Shown here one piece after another: positions 36,567-46,600 of a stretch of 64,000 nt of DNA; the first letter of the stretch is position 1; each line of letters begins with the position of its first letter. The translations under genes were made by a program, and so were the position numbers. The DNA is from an uncultured Candidatus Saccharibacteria bacterium (GTDB taxonomy: Bacteria; Patescibacteriota; Doudnabacteria; UBA920). The notes under the pieces were generated by a model. The model worked only from the letters and a program-made list of their open reading frames with translations, did not search any database and was not told the origin of the DNA. The DNA is taken from the NCBI GenBank assembly GCA_964416765.1, contig CAYQEU010000001.1:65675-129674 (forward strand), written 5' to 3'.

Positions 36567-38231
36567 ATGCCAAAATTGATTAAATCCAAGAACGAAGCAA
36601 AGCAGGCCATTAAAGATGGCGTGGATAAAGTCGCTAACGTAGTTAAGGTAACCTTAGGTCCCACCGGCAAAGCCGTCATTTTAGACCGCGGCTTTGGCAG
36701 CCCAACTATTTCCGATGACGGTGTTACGGTAGCTAAAGAAATAGAGCTCGAAGACAAATTTGAAAACGTCGGTGCTTCCTTGATTCAGGAAGTTGCCAAC
36801 CGAACCAACGAAGAAGCCGGCGACGGCACCACAACCGCGACTGTATTGGCCCAGAAAATGATTGAAGAAGCTTTTGAAGCGGCCGCTTTGGCATCCAGCC
36901 AGGCTAATGAAATTAAGCGCGGCATGGACAAGGCTGTGGCTTTCGTCGTTGAAGAATTGAATAAAGTAAAAAAGACTGTCGGCGAAAACGACATTGAACG
37001 TGTTGCTACTATTGCCTCCCTGGACGAAAATGTAGGAAAAGAAATTGCAGAGGCTATGAAGGAAATTGGCCCCGACGGTGTCATTACCGTTGAAGAAGGC
37101 CAGACCATTGGCATTGAGCGCGAAGTTGTAAAAGGCATGCGCTTCGACAAGGGTTTCGTTTCCCCATACATGGTGACCAATGCCGAACGCATGGAAGCCG
37201 TGTCCGAAGATCCTTTCATTTTGATTACTGACAAGAAGATTTCTTCCGTCCAGGAAGTTCTGCCTTTGCTCGAAAAAGTTGCCCAGTCCGGCAAGAAAGA
37301 CCTGGTGATTATCGCGGATGACATTGAAGGCGAAGCTTTGACCACCTTCATTTTAAACAAGCTCCGCGGCACCTTTAACGTGCTCGCCATCAAAGCCCCT
37401 GGCTTTGGCGACCGCCGCAAGGAAATGCTGCAGGATATTGCCGTTTTGACCGGCGGCCAGGTTATTACCGAGGATTTGGGCTTAAAGCTTGATAAGGCTG
37501 AAGTGGAACAGTTGGGACGTGCCCGCAAGGTAATTGCCACCAAGGAACACTCTACTATTGTGGACGGCCAGGGCGACAAGAGCGCGCTAGAAGCCCGGGT
37601 TAACCAGATCAAGGTGGAAATTAAAGAATCTACTTCTGAATTTGATAAGGAAAAGCTCCAGGAACGCATGGCCCGTTTGTCCGGTGGTGTTGGCGTAATT
37701 AAAGTGGGCGCGTTCACTGAAACAGAAATGAAAGCCAAGAAGTTTAAGATTGAAGACGCATTGAACGCCACCCGCGCCGCCGTGGAAGAAGGAATTATTG
37801 CCGGTGGGGGAGCGGCGTTGGTAAAAGTTTCCTCACGCATGGCCGGATTCGGCAAGGAATTGCCACGGGGCCAACAGCTCGGTGTGGAAATTGTGCGCAA
37901 GTCTTTGGAAGCTCCATTGCGCCAGATCGCCGAAAACACCGGGGTAGAATCCAACGACATCCTTACTTACATCAAGTCCAATGGCGATTACGCTGGCTAC
38001 GACTTTAACAAGTACGACCATTCTGATTGGCAAACCGGCACCGTGGAAGATATGATGGCCGCCGGTATCGTTGATCCGCTTAAGGTTTCCCGCCTGGCTT
38101 TGGAAAATGCCGTATCAATTGCTTCCACTTTGGTTACCACCGAAGGAATTGTTGTAGACAAGCCGGAACCGAAAGACAACAGCGCTGCCGCTGCCGCCAT
38201 GGGGGGCATGGGTGGAATGGGCGGCTTCTAA
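36567..38231 (+). CDS. groEL: Chaperonin GroEL
   Basis: The protein is 554 aa with canonical Cpn60 blocks and a C-terminal GGMGGMGGF tail. Confidence 0.95.
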   Translation: MPKLIKSKNEAKQAIKDGVDKVANVVKVTLGPTGKAVILDRGFGSPTISDDGVTVAKEIELEDKFENVGASLIQEVANRTNEEAGDGTTTATVLAQKMIEEAFEAAALASSQANEIKRGMDKAVAFVVEELNKVKKTVGENDIERVATIASLDENVGKEIAEAMKEIGPDGVITVEEGQTIGIEREVVKGMRFDKGFVSPYMVTNAERMEAVSEDPFILITDKKISSVQEVLPLLEKVAQSGKKDLVIIADDIEGEALTTFILNKLRGTFNVLAIKAPGFGDRRKEMLQDIAVLTGGQVITEDLGLKLDKAEVEQLGRARKVIATKEHSTIVDGQGDKSALEARVNQIKVEIKESTSEFDKEKLQERMARLSGGVGVIKVGAFTETEMKAKKFKIEDALNATRAAVEEGIIAGGGAALVKVSSRMAGFGKELPRGQQLGVEIVRKSLEAPLRQIAENTGVESNDILTYIKSNGDYAGYDFNKYDHSDWQTGTVEDMMAAGIVDPLKVSRLALENAVSIASTLVTTEGIVVDKPEPKDNSAAAAAMGGMGGMGGF

Positions 38232-38258
38232 TATTCGCCAAGAATTTTACGCGAACGA

Positions 38259-38296
38259 AAAACAACCGACGGTGCAGACCATCGGTTGTTTTGCTT
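38259..38296. terminator. Terminator after groEL, shared with the convergent minus-strand gene
   Basis: CAACCGACGGtgcagaCCATCGGTTG followed by ttttgcttg. Confidence 0.7.
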
Positions 38297-38317
38297 GTGG
38301 CGGGCTTTGCGTGAAAA

Positions 38318-38794
38318 CTACATTATGGGTTCTTCAGGAAGAATCATGAACTTTAGGTAGTCCAGTATGACTTCCGATTCGCTCGGAAACCACACCATCG
38401 GAGTTAGCGGTTCCTCTTCCGATGTGACTATAAACCTTCCTTCTTCAACCCACTCTGAGGCGTATAGCATCAGACTCCTGACGGTCTCGTAGTCCTCGGG
38501 CAGGACGACGTTTAGGATAATGTAGTGCGGGCGGAATTCGACAATGTTTTGCCGGACCGCCTCTTCGTGCAGGGTGCCCTCGAAAGAAAATCCGCTGAGG
38601 AAGCAGGCGGACTTGCTCGTGGGGTGGGCCATCATTTCATAGTGCAGCTGACCGAAGTAGTGTTCGAGAACACTGTAGTGGGAATCGTCGTAATCGAATA
38701 CAAGTAGTCTAACCACGTTAACGCCCACGGCACTAGGGGGATGGTAGAACAGGCGGGTAAGAAGCTGGGTTTCTGGAACTTCCATCAAAGCCAT
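38318..38794 (-). CDS. Hypothetical protein (158 aa)
   Basis: A strong RBS aggagg lies 9 nt upstream. The gene ends at the groEL terminator. There is no recognisable domain. Confidence 0.55.
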   Translation of the reverse strand: MALMEVPETQLLTRLFYHPPSAVGVNVVRLLVFDYDDSHYSVLEHYFGQLHYEMMAHPTSKSACFLSGFSFEGTLHEEAVRQNIVEFRPHYIILNVVLPEDYETVRSLMLYASEWVEEGRFIVTSEEEPLTPMVWFPSESEVILDYLKFMILPEEPIM

Positions 38795-38886
38795 ATCTTT
38801 GTCCTCCTGGACGGGTATTTGCCTGAAGTATGCTCCTGACGGGTATTTTAGTCAAAAATAAGCCCAAAATCCTCTAGATACTCCCC

Positions 38887-38915
38887 TTGACAAAACCCTT
38901 CAAATGGCGTACAAT
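38887..38915 (+). promoter_or_regulatory. Consensus promoter TTGACA-17-TACAAT with roughly 200 nt of non-coding transcript downstream
   Basis: ttgaca at 38887-38892, a 17-nt spacer, and tacaat at 38910-38915. No ORF longer than 20 codons occurs before the rpmF promoter. Confidence 0.55.
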
Positions 38916-39121
38916 GCGCAGTTACGTCTTTTTGGGCGTAATTTAACAACTTATTTGCCGCACCGGAAATTACTTATAATTTAGCCGGGTTGCCGCAAAT
39001 CATATGCTCCTAATCTCGGTAATTCGGTTTGGGGGCGCTTAAAAGGCCATGCCACAGGAATAATATTTACTATGATTCTCATGTCGCGTGGCTTTTTATT
39101 ATGCCCAAAAAGCCCTTCTCA

Positions 39122-39150
39122 TTGACATTTTCGGTAAAATCCAGTAAAAT
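39122..39150 (+). promoter_or_regulatory. rpmF-proximal promoter TTGACA-17-TAAAAT
   Basis: ttgaca at 39122-39127, a 17-nt spacer, and taaaat at 39145-39150. It lies 32 nt upstream of the rpmF ATG. Confidence 0.6.
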
Positions 39151-39181
39151 AGCGATATTGTCTTTAATAATACTTTAAGAA

Positions 39182-39349
39182 ATGGGAGTTCCGAAAAAGC
39201 ATAAGACCCGGTCCGGCCGAAACCAGCGGCGCAGCCATCATGCCTTAAAGCCAAAATCTTTGGCCACCTGCAAGAACTGCGGTAACGCAACCATGCCGCA
39301 CTTACCTTGTCCGAACTGTGGTTACTACAAAGGACGCAAAGTCACCTAA
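39182..39349 (+). CDS. rpmF: 50S ribosomal protein L32
   Basis: [55 protein letters not shown] (55 aa). It is absent from the ORF track because it is under 60 aa. Confidence 0.85.
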   Translation: MGVPKKHKTRSGRNQRRSHHALKPKSLATCKNCGNATMPHLPCPNCGYYKGRKVT

Positions 39350-39366
39350 ACGCTTTGCGTTTTTTA
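39333..39366 (+). terminator. Terminator overlapping the rpmF 3' end
   Basis: ACGCAAAGtcacctaaacgCTTTGCGT followed by tttttatttg. Confidence 0.6.
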
Positions 39367-39399
39367 TTTGTGTTATGATATAGCTAATTCATATCAACT

Positions 39400-39876
39400 A
39401 TGGCCAACCGACATTTGCTCCGGACAGTCGCCATGCAGGCGCTGTTCGAATGGGATTTCAACAAAAAACAGGAAGACCTCACCGAAGTAGTCCATAAACT
39501 TTTGGGTGAGTTTGCGGGCGGGGTAGAGGACCCAGAGTTCGCGCTTTCATTGGCGACCGGTGTGCGAGACAACATTAAGGAAATAGATAAGATTATTGCC
39601 GAGACCGCTCCCGAATGGCCGGTAGAGCAAATCACCGTGGTGGACCGCAATGTCCTGCGCGTGGGAATTTACGAATTGATGTTTTTGAAAGATGTGCCGC
39701 CAAAAGTGGCCATAAACGAAGCCGTGGAAATGGGGAAGATATTCGCTGGCGGCAACTCAGGAAAGTTTGTTAACGGTGTGTTGGGAACTTTGTACAAGAA
39801 AATGACTGGGGAAGAAGCAGAGCCGGACACGGGTGAGCAAAGTGAAGAAAGTGATAAAAAAGAAACCGCCGAATAG
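39400..39876 (+). CDS. nusB: Transcription antitermination factor NusB (with an acidic C-terminal extension)
   Basis: [17 protein letters not shown]...[14 protein letters not shown] are NusB family blocks. A terminator at 39861-39890 encloses the stop codon. Confidence 0.8.
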   Translation: MANRHLLRTVAMQALFEWDFNKKQEDLTEVVHKLLGEFAGGVEDPEFALSLATGVRDNIKEIDKIIAETAPEWPVEQITVVDRNVLRVGIYELMFLKDVPPKVAINEAVEMGKIFAGGNSGKFVNGVLGTLYKKMTGEEAEPDTGEQSEESDKKETAE

Positions 39877-40212
39877 GCGGTTTTATAAAACCCTAGGAAG
39901 GCATAAATATCATAATAGCAAAAACCCAAATTGTAAATCTCCTGTAACTATAGGAAAAACTTCGCGTTTAATAATATGAATTGAGCTCTTATACTAATTA
40001 TATTTTGATCACTCAACTTTAAGTAGTATACTTGTTTTATGAGTTCTGATTCACACCACAAAAAGCGCCGCTACACCCCTTGGCAATGGGTGGAAGTAAT
40101 AATTGGCGGAATTATCCATTATATAGGACGTACTTTCTTGGATTAATTTCCCTTTATTTGTGCTATACTTGGTAATACCAACTTATAATTAACTAACTTC
40201 CACAAGCACTTT

Positions 40213-40497
40213 ATGAACAAGTCCGATTTGATAGAACAACTTGCCGCGAAGCTGTCCGTGACTTACTCGGAAGCCGAACGCATGTTGAATACATTTATAA
40301 ACTTGGTATACGAAACCCTGAAAAATGGCGATAAGGTAAACATCAGCGGGTTTGGTCAATTTAGCGTTTCCCACCGCGCGCCGCGTATTGGCGTTAACCC
40401 CCGCAACCCGAGCCAGAAGATCCAAATTCCAGAGTTGAACACGCCGAAATTCCGGGCCGGAGAAGCTTTTAAGGACGCCATCAAGCTCCGTTCCTAA
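40213..40497 (+). CDS. hup: DNA-binding protein HU
   Basis: MNKSDLIEQLA...GFGQFSVSHRAPRIGVNPRNPSQKIQIPELNTPKFRAGEAFKDAI is the HU/IHF fold. A bidirectional terminator lies at 40517-40555. Confidence 0.9.
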   Translation: MNKSDLIEQLAAKLSVTYSEAERMLNTFINLVYETLKNGDKVNISGFGQFSVSHRAPRIGVNPRNPSQKIQIPELNTPKFRAGEAFKDAIKLRS

Positions 40498-41042
40498 CCT
40501 GTTTTTGTAAACATATTTAAAGGCCCTTGCTGTGAAGCGTGGGCCTTTATTTCGTTTAGCGCCGCCGGGAGGAGCAGGTTGCCCTTAAAGTCCTCTAAAA
40601 CCTTTTTCAGGTCGGGGTGCTGTTTTCTAAAGTGCATCTCAATTTCCATGTCTACCGCGCCGAAAGCTTCCTGAAGGGTAAGCTTTTTTTCGAGCTTAAC
40701 ATCTTTCGGGTCGCTAAACTCCATGGTGGCGGGAGAAAAATCTTTCAGTCTGAGGGCGGTCAGCGGGGCGTCATCCCACTGGGCGATTACGGGGCAGGGT
40801 AGCGGGGCAGGAATCGCCGTCTTGGCGGGTTTCTGGTTCGGGAGTTGGACGGTGAGCTTGTGGGCGCCCCCGAATATGTATTCCCAGACTTCCAGCTTTT
40901 GGCAGGCACCGCCGGTAAAGCGGTACTTTTTATGGACGTGGGAATCGGGCGGGTCAGTTAGGATAACCCAGGTGCGGGTTTGGGCAGTGGCGCTGAAATG
41001 GAAACAGATGCAAAAAAAGAACGCCGTTATTGTGGCTTTCAT
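40494..41042 (-). CDS. Secreted hypothetical protein (signal peptide)
   Basis: A strong RBS aggagg lies 7 nt upstream. The N-terminal signal peptide is MKATITAFFFCICFHFSATAQT. There is no recognisable domain. Confidence 0.55.
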   Translation of the reverse strand: MKATITAFFFCICFHFSATAQTRTWVILTDPPDSHVHKKYRFTGGACQKLEVWEYIFGGAHKLTVQLPNQKPAKTAIPAPLPCPVIAQWDDAPLTALRLKDFSPATMEFSDPKDVKLEKKLTLQEAFGAVDMEIEMHFRKQHPDLKKVLEDFKGNLLLPAALNEIKAHASQQGPLNMFTKTG

Positions 41043-41082
41043 ACATGACCTCCTGTGGGGATGGTCTAATTGTAGTGAAAAG

Positions 41083-41718
41083 CTAAGCTGCCTGTAAAAT
41101 TTCCAGAATTTCTTCCGGCTTGCTGACTACGGCAGTAGGGCGGTTTTGCTCAAGAATGTGCCTGGTATTGTAACCCCAGTCCACGCAGATTATGTCCATG
41201 CCGGCCTTTTTGGCCGCTTCTATGTCCCGAGCTTCATCCCCAACGTAAACCGCTTCCCGCGCGTCGTAGCCAGCGTCTTTGATTAACCTTTTCAAAAATT
41301 TATCTTTGCCAAAAGGGCTACTCCCGCAGTAGAGGTAATCAAAAATATCGATATCATTTTTTAGTAAAAACGCCTTTACGTTTTCTTCCAGGTTGGTGGT
41401 TAAGATGGCCTGCTTAAAACCCGCTTCTCGCGCCTGGTACAGGAGGTCTTTCATCCCGGGCTGGGTGTTGAGGCTGGCCACAATATGCTTAACTTCTTTT
41501 AAGACGCGATGGAGAAGCCGGGGCGCTTGGTACAGGTTTACGCCCAACTCTTTGAGGACAGCGCGCGGAGTTTGGCCACGCAGAGCTTCCAGTTTGGCTT
41601 CGGTGACGTATTTAAAGCCTTTCTCTTTGGCTATCTCATTGTATGTTTGAATAGCCATGGCCAGGCTATCGGCAATGGTCCCGTCGAAATCATAAATTAT
41701 GATTTTTGTTTGGGTCAT
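41083..41718 (-). CDS. HAD-IA family hydrolase (phosphatase)
   Basis: Motif I is IIYDFDGTIADS, motif III is the conserved Lys, and motif IV is VGDEARDIEAAKKAGM. Confidence 0.8.
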   Translation of the reverse strand: MTQTKIIIYDFDGTIADSLAMAIQTYNEIAKEKGFKYVTEAKLEALRGQTPRAVLKELGVNLYQAPRLLHRVLKEVKHIVASLNTQPGMKDLLYQAREAGFKQAILTTNLEENVKAFLLKNDIDIFDYLYCGSSPFGKDKFLKRLIKDAGYDAREAVYVGDEARDIEAAKKAGMDIICVDWGYNTRHILEQNRPTAVVSKPEEILEILQAA

Positions 41719-41764
41719 TTATAAAAATTGGCCAGATACAATCTGGCCGAGAAATTCTATCTAT

Positions 41765-41839
41765 TGGAGCGGGTAGGGGGAGTCGAACCCCCATCATCAG
41801 TTTGGAAAACTGAGATAATAACCGCTATACGATACCCGC
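41765..41839 (-). tRNA. tRNA-Trp (anticodon CCA)
   Basis: The reverse complement is GCGGGTATCGTATAGCGGTTATTATCTCAGTTTTCCAAACTGATGATGGGGGTTCGACTCCCCCTACCCGCTCCA. The anticodon loop is UUCCAAA. Confidence 0.9.
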
Positions 41840-41850
41840 GGAAATTGTAG

Positions 41851-41927
41851 TGGTCGGGAACCCGGGACTCGAACCCGGAACCTCTCGCTCCCAAAGCGAG
41901 CACTCTAGCCAATTGAGCCAGTTCCCG
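41851..41927 (-). tRNA. tRNA-Pro (anticodon UGG)
   Basis: The reverse complement is CGGGAACTGGCTCAATTGGCTAGAGTGCTCGCTTTGGGAGCGAGAGGTTCCGGGTTCGAGTCCCGGGTTCCCGACCA. The anticodon loop is UUUGGGA with G37. Confidence 0.9.
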
Positions 41928-42001
41928 TTAATTGAATAGCCTGCGTATTATAGGCTATTTCACGGCTTTTTTCAAGCGTGACTAGCTGATATAATGAATA
42001 T

Positions 42002-42433
42002 ATGACAGATAACCTGGATCCAAAAACTCCGTTTCAGAAGATTGTCCCTAAACCATGGGGGCATGAAGTGATTTTCGCGCCGGAAAACCTGAGCTATACC
42101 GGGAAGATTGAAGTGATAAATGCCGGAAAAAGGACTTCACTACATTACCACGAAGCGAAGCTGGAAACTATGGTTTTGGTTTCAGGGAAAGCCGTTTTAT
42201 GGCTGGCGGATGACCAAGGACAGATTGAGAAGATCCAAATGGAACCGCAAAAAGGCTATACCATACCTCTGAAGCAAGTACACCGCTTTGAGGCCATCGA
42301 AGACTCCATGATCATAGAAGCATCGGAACCAGAGAAGGGGACAACGGTCCGGGTGGAGGACGATTATACTCGATCCAACGAGGATGACGAGACCCGAAAA
42401 GACCCCATGCGGGGGTGGAGCGGAGAGGCCTAA
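42002..42433 (+). CDS. Cupin-fold protein (cupin_2/mannose-6-phosphate-isomerase-like small barrel)
   Basis: The protein is 143 aa with the two-His cupin motifs G.R.SLHYHEAKLE and a second conserved block. It has an acidic C-terminal tail. Confidence 0.65.
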   Translation: MTDNLDPKTPFQKIVPKPWGHEVIFAPENLSYTGKIEVINAGKRTSLHYHEAKLETMVLVSGKAVLWLADDQGQIEKIQMEPQKGYTIPLKQVHRFEAIEDSMIIEASEPEKGTTVRVEDDYTRSNEDDETRKDPMRGWSGEA

Positions 42434-42533
42434 TTTTTGACATCTAGCCCACATTTGCTATAATTCATATATCAGTTTTCTAAACCCCCCCTAGTTCTGT
42501 AATAGGACCTAGGGGTTTATATTTACAACCAAA

Positions 42534-43070
42534 ATGAGGGAAAATTTGGTAATTTATGATGGGAGCAATTTCTACCATAGGGCCAAAAAGCTTGCACCTT
42601 ACTTACATTTAACTAATTTCAACTATCGTAAGCTTGCTGAGCTGCTTACAAGGAGTTTGCAAAATGACATTGAATATTGCGTTGGCGAAATAAAGCCCCA
42701 AGCGTTCGCTGATCCAAAGGCTTCAAGATTATATTCAAGCCAGCAAAAACTTTTTTATAACCTGCATAAGCAGGGGATTGTTGTTAAAAAAGGTTTTATG
42801 ATGAAACAAGGGAATTTTTATCATGAAAAGGGTGTTGATGTGCGCATAGCCAGCGACATAATTAGGGGCGCTTTAAAGGATGAATATAATACATGTTTTG
42901 TAATATCGTCAGATAGTGACGTACTTCCTGCCATCCAGGAGGCAATTGCATCTGGTAAAGAAGTGGTTTATGTTTGCTTCGATCGCAGTGTGGTTAGTAG
43001 GGCGCTATTTAGTAACTGTTCCAGAACCATTCAAATCACCGAAAACCTCCTAAAAATTTGTTCAGGCTAG
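42534..43070 (+). CDS. NYN/LabA-like nuclease-domain protein
   Basis: The NYN (PIN-like) motifs are IYDGSNFY, KGVDVRIASD and VISSDSDVLPAIQEA...GKEV. The gene is about 38% GC against roughly 50% for its surroundings. Confidence 0.7.
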   Translation: MRENLVIYDGSNFYHRAKKLAPYLHLTNFNYRKLAELLTRSLQNDIEYCVGEIKPQAFADPKASRLYSSQQKLFYNLHKQGIVVKKGFMMKQGNFYHEKGVDVRIASDIIRGALKDEYNTCFVISSDSDVLPAIQEAIASGKEVVYVCFDRSVVSRALFSNCSRTIQITENLLKICSG

Positions 43071-43072
43071 GT

Positions 43073-43101
43073 TTGACAAAATAGGCCATAGTTATCATAA
43101 T
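43073..43101 (+). promoter_or_regulatory. Consensus promoter TTGACA-17-CATAAT in an AT-rich intergenic region
   Basis: ttgaca at 43073-43078, a 17-nt spacer, and cataat at 43096-43101. It sits directly after the NYN stop. Confidence 0.5.
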
Positions 43102-43107
43102 ACATGT

Positions 43108-43253
43108 ATCAGTGACCTGAGTGTCATAATATCTCATATCCGACCGAGAAATCACTAACTTGAAGCACAACCTTATATAGCACAATAAAAGCCGAAGCTT
43201 GAATACAAACTAACCTTATATATGGGTCTTTTGTAGGCAATCTTCGGTTTTTT
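43108..43253 (+). ncRNA. Candidate small RNA (promoter to hairpin-plus-T-tract)
   Basis: The transcript would end at AAAGCCGAAG(43188-43197)...CTTCGGTTTTTT(43242-43253), with a nested inner helix TACAAA/TTTGTA. The region contains no ORF. Confidence 0.25.
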
Positions 43254-43591
43254 ATGGCCCGTGGGTTCAATAGTCTGAACGCCCACGACGCTTTTAAAAA
43301 GCCGCAAAAAATGGTGTAACGAACAGGTTTCCTGGCCGTCACATTATTTGCTTCGGGCTTTTTAGCCGTTAACTAAAAGGTGCTCAAACTAAGATTTAGG
43401 TAGTATTGATTTTCATCTATTGCCCAAATTCTAGTGGCTCCTTGGTCGAACTTTTAGTGCTTACGCGACTAAAAACATAAACCCGACAGCCGCACTATAT
43501 TTATGCCCAACCTCTGGGATAACTCTAGAGATCCCGGAAAGTAACATAAGATGGGGCGTTATAACCAAATCAATTAATATTTTCTAGAGTC

Positions 43592-43620
43592 TATTGATTA
43601 TATCAATTGAATAATCAATA
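43592..43620. promoter_or_regulatory. Nested inverted repeats (candidate operator) upstream of the giant surface-protein gene
   Basis: TATTGATTAT-atcaattga-ATAATCAATA forms 10-bp perfect inverted arms. An inner palindrome TTGATtatATCAA lies within it. The site is 30 nt upstream of the ATG at 43650. Confidence 0.5.
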
Positions 43621-43649
43621 CCACAGATTCTCTGAAAATGGAGTTACAA

Positions 43650-46600
43650 ATGAGTTCTTTAAGAAAACTCTTTGCTGTAGGCTCTACCGTTGCTATGTTG
43701 GCAGCTGGTCTAGTTATGCCGGGCTCTGCTTTGGCAGCCGCTCACGGCGCTGGATCCGTTGTTAAAACTACCGATGGAACCATCTGGTTCATCGATAACA
43801 ATGGCATGCGTAGTGCTTTCACTTCCGCAGGCGCCTTCCAGAGCTATGGCTTCTTGTCATTCTCTCAGGTAGTCGACGCTAACAGCGACGACTTAGCCTT
43901 GCCAACCGGTCCTTTCATTGCCCCTCGCGATGGTAGCATTTTCTGCGCCACCGCTACTAAGGGTACTGATGTAGCCGGCGAATGTTCCTTAATGACCGGT
44001 GGTATGAAAGCTGCTTTCACCAGCGCTTCCGTATTTTCTGGCCTTGGATTCTCATTCTCTCGCGCCAAATATGGTGACTCTTCCTTCGTTGCGAAGACCA
44101 GCAATATTGGCAACACTTCTGATGCCCACCGCCCAGGTGTCTTGGTAAACAACCACGGCACTGTACAGTTGGTTGGTACCTCCTCCTTGTTGGGTATTCC
44201 GTCAATCGACGTATTCAACAGCTGGGGTTACTCCTTCTCTGATGTAGTACCTGCAAACGGTGCTGATCAGGTTATCCCTCAGTCCGGCGTAATGGTAGCT
44301 CGTGTTCCTGGCCAGCTGAACCCATCTTTCACTAGCACCCCTCAGAACGGCCAGATGTCCGTAGCTTTGGCTGGTGACAACCCGGCTTCCGGTACTGTTG
44401 TTACCACTCAGGCTGCTGCTGACTTGGCTCACTTCAGCTTCACTGGTAGCGGCACCGTTACCGGTTTGACTTTGCAAAGAATCGGCGTATCCGCTGATGC
44501 TTCTTTGAGCCGTGTTTACTTGTTCGATGGTTCTACCCGCATTACTGATGCTGCATCTGTTTCCTCTGGAAGCATGATCAACTTCAGCAACGCATCCGGT
44601 TTGTTCACCGTTAACGGTTCCAAAACCATTTCTGTTCGCGCTGACCTCAACGCACAGTCCGGGGAAACCTTGGGCGTAACCTTGAACAGCGTTACTTTGA
44701 TGGGCGGCGGCTCTGTTACCGGCGCTCCGGTTGCCGGTAACCTTATGACTGTAGCTTCCGCTAACTTGGCGGCTGTTACTTTCGGTACTGTTACCCCTTC
44801 CAACACTAACCTTGACCCTGCAAACGACCAAGTTGTATGGCAGAGCACTGCTACCGTTGCTACCCGCGACGTATGGCTGACCCGCTTCGCTCTCCGCGAA
44901 ATCGGCTCTGTTAACTACAGCGATATCCGTAACTTCCGTTTGTACGTAGACGGTACCCAGGTTGCCACTCAGAGCAGCTTGGATTCCAACGGTTATGTAA
45001 CCTTCGCTTTGAACAGCCCTTACAAATTGATGACCGGTTCCCGTGTTATCAAGGTTATGGCTGACATTGTTGGCGGTTCTTCCCGCACTGCTACCTTCTC
45101 GGTACGCAATGCAGCTGACATCGGTTTGGTTGATTCCCAGTACAATGTTGGTATTGCTACCGGTACTGCTACTCCAATTGCAGCTGGTACTATTTCCATC
45201 AACCAGGGATCTATCACTACCCAGAAAGCCCCCGATTCTCCGTCCAGCACCGTTACCTTTAACGGTTCTGACCAGACTTTGGCTAAGTACACCCTGACTG
45301 CTTACGGCGAACCTATCCGCATCGACACCCTCGGCGTACAGGTTCTTTACACCGCAGTCAATGGTTCTGCTGTTGGTTCTGTCCGTAATGGCCGCATCTT
45401 GATTAATGGTGCACAGTATGGTTCTACCACCAACATTTCTACCTCCGGTACCACTACCTTCACTGTTAACTACACTGTAACCCCGGGTTCTCCGGTAACT
45501 GTTGAAGTTCGCGGCGATGCGTATGATGCTGATGGTACTCCTACCTTAGCGGCTGGTGACCAGTTCCAGGTTCGCATGATTGCTGGTTCTTCCAACGGCC
45601 AAGGTACTGTTTCCGGTAACGTTGTAAACGTTCCTACTACAAACACTGATGCTAATGTAGTTACCGTAGCTTCTGGTTCTCTTTCTATCGCCAAGACTTC
45701 TAACTACACTAACCAGTCCACTGTAGTTCCTCAGACCGCTTACAAAATCGGTTCCTTCCAGGTAACCGGTTCTAGCACTGAGGATGTAAACATCAACACC
45801 ATTCAGGTTGATTTCTCAACCGTAACCGGTACTACCTTCGCTGCAAGCAAATTGAGCAATGTATACATTGTTTATGGTGGTACCCGTGAATCCAACACCA
45901 AGTCTTCCGTTACTGCTACTGGTAACACTTGGTCTGTATCTCACACCTTGGCTAAGAGCACCTCTGTTCAAGTTGATGTATACGCTGATATCGCTTCCGG
46001 CATCACTGCAAATGATTCCATCAAGAGCAGAATGTTGGTTAGCGGTACTACCGCTCAGTCCGGTCAGTCTGTAAGCACCAACACCGGTTCAGTATTTGAT
46101 GGTCAGACCATCACTTACGCTGCTGGTAGCTTGGCTTCCGCTTTGGATGCCTCTACCCCTGTCTCCAAGATTTTGGATGACAATAGCACCACTACCGTAG
46201 CTGCGTTCCGCTTCACTCCGACCAACGACTCCTACACCATGACCGACTTGACTCTGACCTTGGCTGGTTCTACTACTGTTCAGTCTGTTGACTTGATCAA
46301 CAACGGTACTGTAGTTCAAAATCGCCCGGTTGGATCTGGTAATGCTGTAGTATTTAGCGGTATGGGTATCCAGTTGCCTGCCAACCAAGCTACCGTGTTG
46401 AGCTTTGCTCTCCACCTTGGTGCCGTTGGGCAGAACGCCGGTACTTCCGGTGAAGCTGTAACCGCAACTTTGACTTCATACAAGACAACCAGCTCAACTG
46501 GTACAACTGCTACTGTCACTCCTGGCACTGCAGCTAATGCTATGTATGTATACAAGTCAATCCCGACTGTAACTAACTCCACCTTGCCTTCCAGCCTCTT

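Noticed and set aside
36785-37960. 391-aa minus-strand ORF inside groEL
   Set aside because: It is fully antisense to the well-supported groEL CDS. It has a Ser/Ala/Thr-rich low-complexity translation and no RBS.
39099-39290. 63-aa minus-strand ORF
   Set aside because: It is antisense to the rpmF promoter and coding region, and rpmF is clearly the real gene.
43124-43342. 72-aa minus-strand ORF in the AT-rich spacer
   Set aside because: It lies in low-GC non-coding DNA, has no RBS, and overlaps the predicted promoter/hairpin structure. It is likely a chance ORF.
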